The position numbers and the translations under genes were made by a program. DNA of 63,631 bases, counting the filler, from Octopus bimaculoides (Eukaryota): assembly GCF_001194135.2 (NCBI RefSeq). It is 4 parts of 2 records of this genome, joined end to end, with 100 filler letters (N's around TTAATTAATTAA, not from the genome) between each part and the next. Parts side by side here need not be neighbours in the genome. Positions count along the whole stretch, not along the records: positions 21,241 to 40,973 come from NC_069000.1; positions 41,074 to 57,196 come from NC_069000.1; 2 more parts are not named here. One strand, written 5' to 3'. The notes under the pieces are model-generated. The model had not been told where the DNA came from. It saw nothing but the letters and a program-made list of their open reading frames with translations, and ran no database searches. This document shows positions 38,462 through 50,734 of this stretch, piece by piece (position 1 is the stretch's first letter; the number at the start of each line of letters is the position of its first letter).

Positions 38462-39990
38462 GTCACCCTTCTCCCTGTAACTTAGCGGTTTGGTAAAAAT
38501 TGAAATAAAAATAAGTACCTGGCATTAAAAAGTGGGGAGGAAGTATTGTGTTTTATTTATTCGACAGAACTCTTCAAGGCAGTCCAATGACTGAAACAAG
38601 TAGGAAATAAAAGATGAAAAAATAAATAAGTAAACGAAATTTTGCTATTATAATATAATGTATTAATTAAGTTATATATGTCATAATATAACATAATGTA
38701 ATATAATATTGGCTAATAATTCATTTTATATGGTGATATTTAAACAAAATTTAAATGCTTATATACTTCACATTTTAACTGTACTTATCTGTAATTATAG
38801 TCGTTCAGAAGGAAAAAAAATTTCGTCACATCCTTAATTAGGAACCATTCATAAATTTGTGTTTTAAACACTACTGAAGTTAGTATTTCTCAACCATTTT
38901 TCAACTGTAATTTCTATTTTACTTGGGTGGATCCTCCTTAGCTATTCGACGTTTAAAAGGGTCATATTGTATTTTTATAGTTAAATATTATTAGGAATTG
39001 TATTTAATAAACTGTTATAATATTTTGTGTATTGTAGAAGTATAAGCAATTTATTGTACATAAATTTTAATAATAAAATCTTATATGGATCCCCAAGGGC
39101 TATATATCCGGCTTCTAGAAATCCAGGGATACTGTGCAAAATCGAGACTGTAATCTCTATTTAATAAATAAACTGTTTTTGAAGTTGGTTAATTGCATCT
39201 GTTGTTTTAAAAATAGTTTTGTTCTTTATTTTTTTATGTGGATTGATAAAGATTAAAGACACTCTTCTTTACAAGACTAAAGCCTTGTGAGTGGATTTGG
39301 CAGATGGAAACTGAAAGAAGCCTGTTTATGTGTGTGTGTGAGACAGAGGGAGTGAGTGAGTGTGTCTCTGTGTGTCCCACCACCGCTTGGCAACCGGTGT
39401 TGGTATGTTTACGTCCCCATAACTTAAGCCGATCGTCAAAAGAGACCGATAGAATAAGTACCTGGCTTAAAAAAGAAAATAACTCCTGGAGTCGATTAGT
39501 TCGACTAAAATACCTCAAGACGGTGCCCCAGCATGGCCACAGTCTACTGACTGAAACAAGTAAAAAGAAATGGAAAAATGAGAGATTTAATCTGTCTCCA
39601 GAAAACTGGAAATTCCAGATATCCAGAATCACTTCCGATCCCAAGCTTACTCGATCTTTGACTCAATACCGTAGTTGTTTTACCAAACCAAACTAAATTC
39701 GCAATTATTTTAAGAAATTAATCGACTTACAGAGGGAGTGTATTTTAGCGCGGAATATAGTAACCAACGGCTTAAATTGTTTTTCATGGGAGAAATACCA
39801 CGGTTTCATAACTCTTTCAAAACATCGAGCTTTAAAATGACTTGATAGCTGGGTAAGTGGAAGCTACGAATATCAGGCAAAGACCGAACGTGTGTTTTTC
39901 AAGGAACGGCCTGTCAAAATTAAGGCGCGTCTTTGTAAGGCCGTATGCTTTACAAGCGATCAAATATGATGTGTGCGTGCGTGTATGTGC

Positions 39991-40035
<45 letters not shown>

Positions 40036-40720
40036 CATACATACATACATATATACATACATATATGTGTGTGTGTGTATATNNNNNNNNNNNNNNNNNN
40101 NNNNNNNNNNNNNNNNNNNNNNNNNNNNNNNNNNNNNNNNNNNNNNNNNNNNNNNNNNNNNNNNNNNNNNNNNNNNNNNNNNNNNNNNNNNNNNNNNNNN
40201 NNNNNNNNNNNNNNNNNNNNNNNNNNNNNNNNNNNNNNNNNNNNNNNNNNNNNNNNNNNNNNNNNNNNNNNNNNNNNNNNNNNNNNNNNNNNNNNNNNNN
40301 NNNNNNNNNNNNNNNNNNNNNNNNNNNNNNNNNNNNNNNNNNNNNNNNNNNNNNNNNNNNNNNNNNNNNNNNNNNNNNNNNNNNNNNNNNNNNNNNNNNN
40401 NNNNNNNNNNNNNNNNNNNNNNNNNNNNNNNNNNNNNNNNNNNNNNNNNNNNNNNNNNNNNNNNNNNNNNNNNNNNNNNNNNNNNNATATATATATATAT
40501 AGGATCTAGCGAGTGACCAACAAAAGTCCTTGTAGCACTAAAGATGAACTGAAGGCAAGGATTATGGCAGCATTCACCAACCCAACTTAAACAAGGGGAC
40601 CGTCCAGAAGAATTACAGGAGATTCCGAAGTCGTCTGGAGGCTGTGGCTGAAGCCAATGGTGATTTCATTGAATAAATTTGCTCTTTGGTATTTTAAACG
40701 ACAATTTATTCACTGCAGCC

Positions 40721-40761
<41 letters not shown>

Positions 40762-40973
40762 ATCTATCTATCTATCTATTTATCTATCTATCTATATATA
40801 TATATACTGTATAAAGGTTAACGCGTGCGTCCTGTTGTGATACAAACAATATATGAGTATATGCATATATATGTACATGTATGTACATACCTTCATCTAC
40901 ATGTACATATAGATGAAGGTATGTACATATATATGCATATACTCATATATTGTTTTTATATATATATATATAT

Positions 40974-41073
40974 NNNNNNNNNNNNNNNNNNNNNNNNNNN
41001 NNNNNNNNNNNNNNNNNTTAATTAATTAANNNNNNNNNNNNNNNNNNNNNNNNNNNNNNNNNNNNNNNNNNNN
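40974..41073. other. Artificial scaffold spacer N44-TTAATTAATTAA-N44
   Basis: Same 100-nt structure as 21141-21240. Confidence 0.97.
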
Positions 41074-41553
41074 AATGGTCATGTTGGACGACGTTCAGGG
41101 GGCTTCAATGGCGTACATGGAAGCTATGGTTATGGTTCCCTCAATGAGGAGGGAACCAGGCTGCTGGAGTTCTGTGACACAAATGACCTTATTGTTTGCA
41201 ATACTAACTTCAGGAAACGCACCAGTCACCTAGTCACCTACCGTTCTGGCAGACACTCTAGCCAAATTGACTACATCCTCACCAGAAAAGGGGAAAGATG
41301 GCTGCTTATAAATGCCAAAACATTCCCTGGCGAAGAATGCACTCCACAACATAGACTAGTAGTTAGTGACTTCAGGATTAGGGCCAAGTGGTTGCCCAGG
41401 AGACGACCAGCTTGGAGGAGAAGGGTCTGGAAGCTCAAAGATCCTGCGAATGGACAGAGATTTAGAGACTTATTACTTGAGACCTGTGACGAATTAGAAG
41501 GGAAAGTAGCTTCACACAATGTAGAAGACAACTGGACGTTTCTACGGGACAAC
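41074..41553 (+). mobile_element. RTE-clade LINE, APE endonuclease fragment
   Basis: NGHVG...GYGSLNEEGTRLLEFCDTNDLIVCNTNFRK..SHLVTYRSG...SQIDYIL...EECTPQHRLVVSDF. Confidence 0.9.
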
Positions 41554-41816
41554 NNNNNNNNNNNNNNNNNNNNNNNNNNNNNNNNNNNNNNNNNNNNNNN
41601 NNNNNNNNNNNNNNNNNNNNNNNNNNNNNNNNNNNNNNNNNNNNNNNNNNNNNCGGTAACCATGGGAGTTGGAGGGCAATAAAAATCTCCTGAACATGAG
41701 CGGTCCATGCTGCCGCTCTGTGCTGAATTTCACGCAATTCCACTGCACCGTTCTCGAGTGAATTTGCTGACACTCAATCAATCAAATCAACCAAGAACAC
41801 TGCAATTTATAGTATA

Positions 41817-42145
41817 GATAATATAAAAAACAGATGGTAAAATGAAATGAAGTATTGAATGTCTTATTGAATATATGAAATATTAAGTATTCAATATACA
41901 GAATTAAATATATAAAGGCTAATACGTATTTTCATACCTAGTGGTATTCATCAAGGCCTTCGTCTGACAGACTGTAACAGTCTGTTACAGTCCGTCAGAC
42001 GAAGGCCTTGATGAATACCACTAGGTATGAAAATACGTATTAGCCTTTATATATTTAATTCTGCATATTGAATACTTAATATTTCATATATTCAATAAGA
42101 CATTCAATACTTCATTTCATTTTACCATCTATTTTTATATTATAT
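41817..42145. repeat. ~330-bp near-perfect palindrome; each arm carries a hammerhead-like motif (42001-42048 on +, 41914-41961 on -)
   Basis: ~164-bp arms centred at 41981 with a few transitions and one indel. gaaggc-CTTGATGA-atacc(acta)ggtat-GAAA-atacgtat-TA-gccttt. Confidence 0.85.
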
Positions 42146-42927
42146 ATTATATATTCCATATTCTATATCCCACATTAATTTTACAAGAATATAAATAAAA
42201 CATAAAAAACAGAGAGAGTTGGAACTCTTTTAAATAAAATAATATATATATATTATGTGGAAACACAATGGCCCAGTGGTTAGGGCAGCGGACTTGCAGT
42301 CAGAGGACCGTAGTTTCGATTCCCAGCCCGGGCATTGTGTGTGTTTATTGAGCAAAAACATGTAAAGCTCCACGAGACTCCAGCAGGGATGGTGGCGACC
42401 CCTGTTGTATTCTTTCGCCCCAACTTTCTCTCACTCTTCCTTTTTGTTTCTTGAGTAAAGCTGAGAAGGACTGGCATCCCATCCAGCTGGTAGGGAACAC
42501 ATACGCCATAGAAACCAGGAAATCAGGCCCATGAGCCTGGCTAGGCTTAAAAGGGCACATAAGAAGATATATGTATTATAATATATATATATCATCATCC
42601 CTTAATATCTGTTTTCCATGCTGGAATGGGTTAGACAATTTAACCAGAGCTAGCAGGCTGGAGAGCACACCAGGTTCCAGTTTGATTTGGTTTGGTTTCT
42701 ATAACTGGATGCCCTTCTTAACTCCAGCCACTTTACAGTGTGTGCTGGGTGTTTTTAATATGGCACCACATTAGCACTTATACATGCATCAACATGTATG
42801 CTTTTTACATGGCACTGGCATACAACTCTGGCAGGCCAAGCTTTTTCACCAAGTGGGAGTGGCCTTAATACTTTTGCTGTGAATTACAGACATTTATATT
42901 ATCTTCTAATATAATAATGAACATAGT

Positions 42928-42967
<40 letters not shown>

Positions 42968-43648
42968 CCAAAATCATGCAGTAGGAGTGAATGGTGAAGA
43001 GAAAGGAGAAAATAGTAATTTGGTGAAGAAGTAGTGAAAGTAATAGCCATGACTGAGAGGGGGAGAGAGAAAGTAATAGCAATGAGAGAGAGGAAGTGGT
43101 AAAGAGAGCATTGTGTATCTTCTACTATAATAATCTACTATAATAATACTCTTGTGTATATCTGTCACAACATATGAATGAGAAAGGAAGGGGTGATCTA
43201 CCGATGGAAGTGGGATGGTGAAAAGTTAACAGTGAAACAAAAATTAAACTTCAACGCTGTGTGAGTATATGTGTGTGCATGTAAAAGGGAGGAATGTGAA
43301 TGTTTATTTGTGTGTGTTTGTGTAAAATATATTCATATATTTGAGTAAGTGCACATGTGTTTGTGTATGTTTTTTAGAAAGATACGTAGAAAATAGAATT
43401 TCAGACACATGCATTTATACATACACATATATATAAACAGATACACTTAAAAAGGAAGGAAGTGGGCTGTCACAAAGTACAGAAAATTGTGTTCACTGTG
43501 CTACTCATACATATAAATGTATACATATGCACAAATGCACACATGCTCACACAGTTGAAGCACTGATTTCTTTTTCACCTTTTTGTACCTGTTTTATATA
43601 TAAAATATTACAATTAGCTGTCATTTTTTATGGCATAGGGTCAGCTAG

Positions 43649-43690
<42 letters not shown>

Positions 43691-44239
43691 TTGTCAGTAA
43701 ATCATAAATCTGAAAGAGAAGCACACTCTAAGTGATACAGCAGTTGTGTAATTAGATAAAGATGGCTTTAGCCCATACCCCAACATCCCTACATCCCTCC
43801 ACACACTAGCACTGACCACTTCTCAGCACCCACACTATACGTCATCATCTGCACACCCTCACACCATCATCTACACACCTACATACCCACACACTAGATG
43901 TACGCTCTTACGCACACATCCACACACATCAAGTCACTAGCCCCTAACCACACACACACACATTCTCACATACACACACACACACACATGCACCTTCGTT
44001 TTGGGATCACCAATGCTTTATTATCTCCCCTTCTTTCAACCTCTCCTTTCAAACCTTTTTTCCCCAACCAGTCGCCATGCTTGACTGCTAAATCCACAAG
44101 TTTTTTTATTCTCTCTCTGTTTATTTTCTCTTATTCCTTTCTGTTGAAGAGCGTAGGTTTGAAATGTAAAAGACTTTCTCACTTTCCCCAGAGTCAAACT
44201 AATACACCTGTTTGTTGTTCATACACCTGTCTTCATCTT

Positions 44240-45283
44240 TTCTGTAAATTTCAATTATGGAGTTTCTCTAGGTTTCATGTCCATAAAGCGCTTAACTTTA
44301 TAGCATTTCTTCCGACCTTAATGGCTTGTGGTCTATAATCTCTCCACAAAGTGGAGGGAGAAAAGACATAGCTATATGTTGACCACTTGGATGAAGGGTT
44401 AAGTGTAAGGGATTATTTCCCTTGCACCACTATCTGTAGCCGATGCAGTGCACTTGTGGGTTCCAGGACTTCAGTGAGAATCTCCTGAAGTGTAAGCAGG
44501 GTCTGAAGGTTTCCATCCTAGAATTTAAGACGTTCCCCAGGTCAAAGCTTTAATATTTTCGCCTGCTCAGCTATGCATAGCTTGCAACTCTTGCTCCCAT
44601 TGATGTAGGGGCCTGGTTCTTCTAGGAACTTCCATGAGATTACATGCAGAGCTCCTTCATCCTTCAGGTGCCACATGTGACTGGCCAAGGATGTGGCATA
44701 TCATCTCTGCAGGATCCTGAACAAGGACCTGTGGTTGGAAAGACACTGTTTGAAGGTACTTCTGGAACATCTGATGTATCTTCAGATTTTGCTGCTGGCA
44801 ATGCTGTGTCTGTTGATATTGACACTGCTACTTCTGCTGTTGCTGGTGCTGGTGTTGACATCGTTAAAGCTGATGTAGGGGATATCATTGGTGGCAGTGT
44901 TGGTGCTGCTATAGTCTTTGTCATTACTGCTGGAGCTGTTATCGATGCTATATTGGTGATGGCTGCTGTTATTGTTATTATTATTAGCATTCCTGCTATT
45001 GTAGTAGTAGTAGTAGTAGTAGTAGTAGGGACAGCTGCTGCTGCCATTAGGGCCAGATATCACCTCAGCTTCATAAACAACCCCTTTGGTTTCACATTGG
45101 CCTCACTGAGTATCTGCTGTAGTCCCTGCATGAGCATCCCACCTCTGCTCATCATCTAGGGGTGCTAACTAAAATACTCTTAATATTGGGGACATAGGTA
45201 AAAGAAACACTTAGGTTGTGTCTGTTGAATATGCATCCATGCCTATGTGACTGTGTAAAGTGCTGTGTAAAGCCTAGGGAATA
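44240..45283 (-). mobile_element. 5'-truncated Penelope-like (Naiad-type) element: linker, GIY-YIG endonuclease and 3' terminal repeat with HHR-like motif (~44260-44318)
   Basis: Minus frames: FTQHFTQSHRHGCIFNRHNLSVSFTYVPNIKSIL, CSCR..GQCETKGVVYEAEV, RYIRCSRSTFKQCLSNHRSLF..YATSLASHMWHLKDEG..VISWKFLEEPGPYINGSKSCKLCIAEQAKIL. Confidence 0.88.
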
Positions 45284-46201
45284 CAAAGAGATACCCAAAA
45301 GTAACCAGAAATGTTCTCTGTGGGAAAAGCCCATTCTACAACTAGAAGTCATTTGATGCAACCCTCAGGCATCAGTCTACCAACCAGCACCATCAGATGA
45401 AGTCGTACTGTCACATGGTACATCTTTGTTTTGCAGTGCTTCTCCCTTGTTCATTGATTCTTGCAATGGCTGAAAGAAAGGAACAGTATGCTTCCACTGA
45501 ATTTTGTTTTCTGCTGGGGAAAACAATGGATGAAACAGTTGCCATGCTTTAAACAGCTTACAAGGATGCTGCCATGAGCAAAACACAAGTTTACAAGTGG
45601 TTTTCATGCTTTAGGAATGGTCACTTGTCGCTTGAAGACAAACCACATTCAGAGCAACCATCACCCCCCCCCCCCCACCACACACACACATGAATGAAAA
45701 CATCACGAAAATGCATGAATTGATCTTAGAGGGCCATCGCCAAACAATTGACGAACAAGTTGATCTAACTGGTGTGTCCTGGAACACCTACAAACGTATT
45801 TTGAGTATAGAATTGCAAATGAAAACAGGTGCAGCAAAATTTGTGCCTTGTTTGCTCACAGATCAAAAACAGTCTTGACTGAATATATGACCCTGCTTAC
45901 CCACCCTCCTTATTCACTCGATTTTGCTCCCTGTGCATTTGTTTTGTTACCTCGAATGTAAAACGTTCTTAAAGGAAAACGTTTTGCAGATATGGAAGAG
46001 GTGAAGAGAAAAACAACAGAGGCGTTAAAAGGCGTCACTTTGCAGAGTTCCAGGACTGTTTCGAACTATAGAAAATGCATCAGAACTGATGCATTGCTTC
46101 AAATGGAGAATACTTTGAAAGCAATAAAAGTGTAAACATGTAAAACTAAGTGAATGAAATAATATTGCAAAATTCAGGTTTCTTTTGGGTACCTCCTCAC
46201 A
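45284..46201 (+). mobile_element. Internally deleted mariner element
   Basis: Degenerate TIRs (gatacccaaaagtaacc / ggtttcttttgggtacc); transposase remnants WFSCF..G, AAKFVPCLLT and HPPYSLDFAPC (YSPDLAP motif). Confidence 0.88.
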
Positions 46202-46205
46202 TTAT

Positions 46206-46455
46206 ATGTACACTTCAAGAGATTCCAACTGAAGTCCTGGAACCCACAAGCTAACCACATTTACTACAGATAGCAGTCTAAGGGAGACAATCCCTCGCAC
46301 TTAACCCTTCGTCTGAGAGGTCAACAAATAGCTACAAGGTCTTTTCTCCATCTACTTTATAGAGAGGTTATAGACCACCGGCCATTAGGGTCGGAAGAAA
46401 TGTCATAAAGCTAAGTGCTTTATGGATGTGAAACTCAGGGTAACCCCACAAAGAC
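46206..46455 (+). mobile_element. Inverted copy of the same Penelope terminal repeat, with HHR-like motif at 46388-46446
   Basis: Diverged reverse-complement match to 44240-44500; gggt-CGGAAGA-...cataaagc(taagt)gctttatg...-GAAA-ctcaggg-TA-accc. Confidence 0.8.
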
Positions 46456-46469
46456 CAGCCATAGCCATC

Positions 46470-46519
<50 letters not shown>

Positions 46520-46682
46520 TATTACATTACATGTGGTAAGTAGCTTGCTTACTAATCACATGGTTCCAGGTTCAGTCCCACTGCATGGCACCTTGAGCTA
46601 ATGTCTTCTACTGTAGCCTCAGGCCGACCAAAGCCTTGTGAGTGGATTTGATAGATGGAAACTGAAAGAAGCCCATCATATG

Positions 46683-46713
<31 letters not shown>

Positions 46714-47840
46714 CTGTGTTTGTCCCTCCCTCATCATTGCTTGACAACTTATGCTGGTGTGTTTACGTCCCCATAACTTAGCAGTTCAGCAAAAGAGACC
46801 GATAGAATAAGTACTAGGCTTAGAAAAAATAAGTCCTGGGGTCAATTTGCTCAACTAAAGGTGGTGCTCCAGCATGGCTGCAATCAAATGATTGAAACAA
46901 CTAAAAGAAAGTATACATATTGTTTTATGTCTTACTTGTTCCTGTCATTCCACTTTGAGGAATTTTTAGTTGAATAAATCGACCCATGATGTTTTAGAGT
47001 TAAGTTTTGCCAAATCACTAAGTTACAGGGATGTAAACAAATCAACACTGGTTATCAAGCAGTCGGGGGGAGGGAACACAGACACACACACACATACATA
47101 CATATACGACGTGCTTCTTTCAGTTTCCATCTAGGAAATCCACACATAAGGCTTTAGTCAGCCTGAGGCTATGGTAGAAGACACTTGCACAAGATGCTAT
47201 GCAGTGGTACTGAACCCAGAACCATGTGGCTGGAAAGCAAGCTTCTTACAACACAGCAATTTAATATAATGTGTGTGTGTTAGTGAAAGTTGTTTTGCTT
47301 GTAAAATATTGACAGATAGGTGATAAATATACAGATATGTGTAGATAGATAGATAATGAGGTTTAGACACTTATCAATATAACTGTAATATGAGTAAGGT
47401 GAAAATTTAGAAATACAATTTGGAGAATTTAATATTATCTTCATGATTAACAGCACAAAATTTAATCTTCTCATTGGAGAAGTCATCTAATTAAGATCAA
47501 TAATGTTACTAACAATAGATTAGAGGCACAAAAAGAAACACACTATTAGCTATCTTTCTTATTGTGCCTCAAGAATCACAGCACATGAAGGCAGTATTAA
47601 TGCCTCAAAAATCACAGCATATAAATAATTTGGTAGTGAAGTAAATGTGTGTGTGTGGGGGGGGGGTCATATATAACAATAAAATTCAAGCAAATTAAAT
47701 ATTAGAAGAAAATGAAAACAGCAACATCATTATTTTTAATAGTAATTGATAGTTAAAATTTATTTAAAAAACTGAAATTATAAACAAATATGAATTGCTC
47801 TCATTCACTTTAATATTTCTGGTAAAAATATATTTGTAAC

Positions 47841-47907
<67 letters not shown>

Positions 47908-50159
47908 TGCACGTGTACACACAGACATATACATACATAATATACACATATCTATTTACAAATACACAATTTGAAAAAAATAAATTATCAGTAGGCCAAT
48001 TTTGAAAGGAGTCAGCAAGATGTATGTGTATGGATAGGATAAATTATGAAATCACCGAGAGCCGAAGCTATCAATGAAGCTATCATCCAAGTAAACTCAG
48101 CAACTGATGTATTTGGTGTGAGAGGAATCGTCTGTCAACCTCAGCAAAAATTGATTATTTTCATCTCTTTATTGTTAAAAGAAAAACAGCAGCAGCAACA
48201 ACAACGCTTGCAGAAAACGAAGGAAAGCAGATAAAATGGCATTCTAAAAATGTTGAGAGGGGGTGGGGCAGAAATAAAATCTCGTAAAAAGAATGTATTG
48301 TTGATTTTGTTGAGATTTTTACAAAATCGCGCGTGCGCTGGTGCGTGTGTGTTGGAGTTTGTTATGATATTTAGCTCCTAAGTCAGCCTTGTTTGTGCAG
48401 AGCTAAAACAAAGGCATTCCAGGCGTGACCATTCTGTCATATACATACATAATGTACGACTAGCGCGTCCAATGTGTTCCTTTATTTTTAAGGAAGGGCG
48501 TGATTTAAAGGAATTTGGCAGGTCAAGTGATAACGTGACATTTGTCTCTCAAGAGCGTCAAGAATAAACGTTGAACTTGCATCCCATTAGAAGAATTATA
48601 TTCTACGGCAGAGAATTATTTTTCTCTTTTTTTTTATTGTTGGTTTTTTTTTAGGGATTAGGACCCGTACGATGTGAAGGAAAAGGAATCTAGAAGAAAA
48701 GAAAGAAGGTAAAAAGGAATTAGAAGAAGAAAGTTCGAAAGAAAGGCAGTGATAGAGGAAGTTCTTTTGTTTTATTTGTTGACACTTGGTTCTATGTTCA
48801 TACCTGCTGTGTGTGTGTGTGTGTGTGCGAGTGTGCGTATGTGTGTGAACGTGCGGTGAATGTATATATGCACGATGCGTGATTGCGTGTCCGACAGTAT
48901 GAAACTATTTGTTGTCATCGTTTATTTTTCTCCACTCGACCGATGGGAGGGATCACCGTATTCATTTAAACCACCAGTCCCACCCTCTCTGTTGTGGATC
49001 GTCCTGAATCTGCCATTTCGCATCCGATCCTGTTGTCTTTTGTTTTGTTTTTATGACTTTTTCTTTTTAGTTTACTTTGTTCTGTCTATGTTTGCCATTT
49101 TTTTTCTCGTTTTGTTTTATATTTGTAGTCACTGCTACTTGTGACCATAATTGCATCTTATATTTGTCTTCGTGGTAGGAGCAAAATGAATAATTGTGGA
49201 CAGGAGAGATTATTGAGGTTTAGAAGTGAAGCATGATAGGAAATGTAGAAACTGCGTTAAAAACCATAAAAGTTCTAAGGTCTCTGAGAATGGACTCGCT
49301 AAATTACGAAGAAATCACAAGAAGGTAGCAGAATGACCATAAAGAAAATCACTTTCTCAAATAGAAATTCAGTGTTTGTTTAGGGTTGAAGAAAAATCAG
49401 AAATACGGAGATATGGGAAGAGATAGACTGAGGGATAGACACTTAGACATCAGGGCAGGGTGAGAAAATCAACACGAGAAGGATATCTTCGTTCTACAGC
49501 GGTCGAAAGCAGGTGTAGGAGGCGGGTGGGAATATTCACTTAAGCCAGATTCGTTCATCCATCCCCAAAAGTACACAATAACACTTCCTCGGAGCAAGTA
49601 AGTTTACTGCCAGCATTAATACATGTATAAAAATTTAAAAAAAAAAAAAAACAATGAGAATGCATGAACAGAATTGACTAAATTCAAAGTCACTTACCAC
49701 TTTGAAGTGCAGCAAAGGAAGGAAAAATAGTGCTGCGCGTGCGCACAAATGACTCGAATGCCGGAACGGTGATTCTAAAAATAGTTTCTCTGGAAATCAA
49801 GTACCATTTACAGCCACACCCTCTCACGGATTGACGTAAAGGACACTAAAACTTGCTGACAAAGGCATGAAGAATTGATCTACTGTCATTTTTCAATATT
49901 TTTCCTCATTTCATATATCTCTAGGTCCCGGATGGCAACAGACTTGAGAATTTGGTTATAAGGAATTGTTTAAAAGACGTTTGTTTCTGCTTTTCTTTTC
50001 TGCGTAGAATTCCATTTATTGTATAGTTTCAGTTTGTTGTTTATTTACGTGTACTAGCGTGTCGCGTCTGCATGTGAGAATGTCTTTAGACGTGTCAGTT
50101 GTTGATCTCTGTGCGTGTATACGCATGGACGTGCATGCGCACATATACGTACATACTAG

Positions 50160-50560
50160 TAGAATGACCCAGTGAAAACCTCAATAAAATATAAACACAA
50201 TAGACCTAATATAAAGATTTGGGATAGAGAGGTGAAACTGAGTACAGTTGTAGAAATCAGCTGCCCAGCGGATGTTAACAGTGAAAAAAAGAATACCTGC
50301 ACTGAACTATTGAGAAATCTGCAGTTATTCTATCTAGATTACAAGTTCAGGTAATTATTGGAGCACTGGAGTATGTGACACACTGCTTAAATACAAATCT
50401 TGAGAAATTAGGTTTCTCAAAACCAGGAAGGAGAAAGCTGATTTGAAGACTGTAGATCCAATCCATCACTGGAACTGTAAGAAATCTGTAAAACTTTCCT
50501 GAACTTTATCCTTTAAGTATATATGAGCATGTCTAGATATGCAAGTATATGCATGAGAAG
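50160..50560 (+). mobile_element. R4/Dong-like LINE, short 3' copy (restriction-like endonuclease and 3' UTR)
   Basis: KHNRPNIKIWDRE....VVEISCPADVN, IIGALG-like motif; closely similar to 52385-52735. Confidence 0.82.
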
Positions 50561-50734
50561 ACATACATAAAACAAAACATACAATTCTGCGCGTATGTAT
50601 GTATATATACATGCATACATACATACATACATGCATGCATGACCATATTTTATCAGCTTGTACCAGCAAGCTCTCAATTAGATCAGTAGCATACCACACT
50701 GGTTAGCTCTGGCAGAGACAAAATTGATCCTCAA

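Noticed and set aside
44670-44790. In-frame TGA codons in the Naiad-type endonuclease (some Naiads are reported to encode selenoproteins)
   Set aside because: The TGAs fall at K/R-like positions rather than conserved Cys, which fits CGA-to-TGA decay in a frameshifted relic. No SECIS could be identified by eye.
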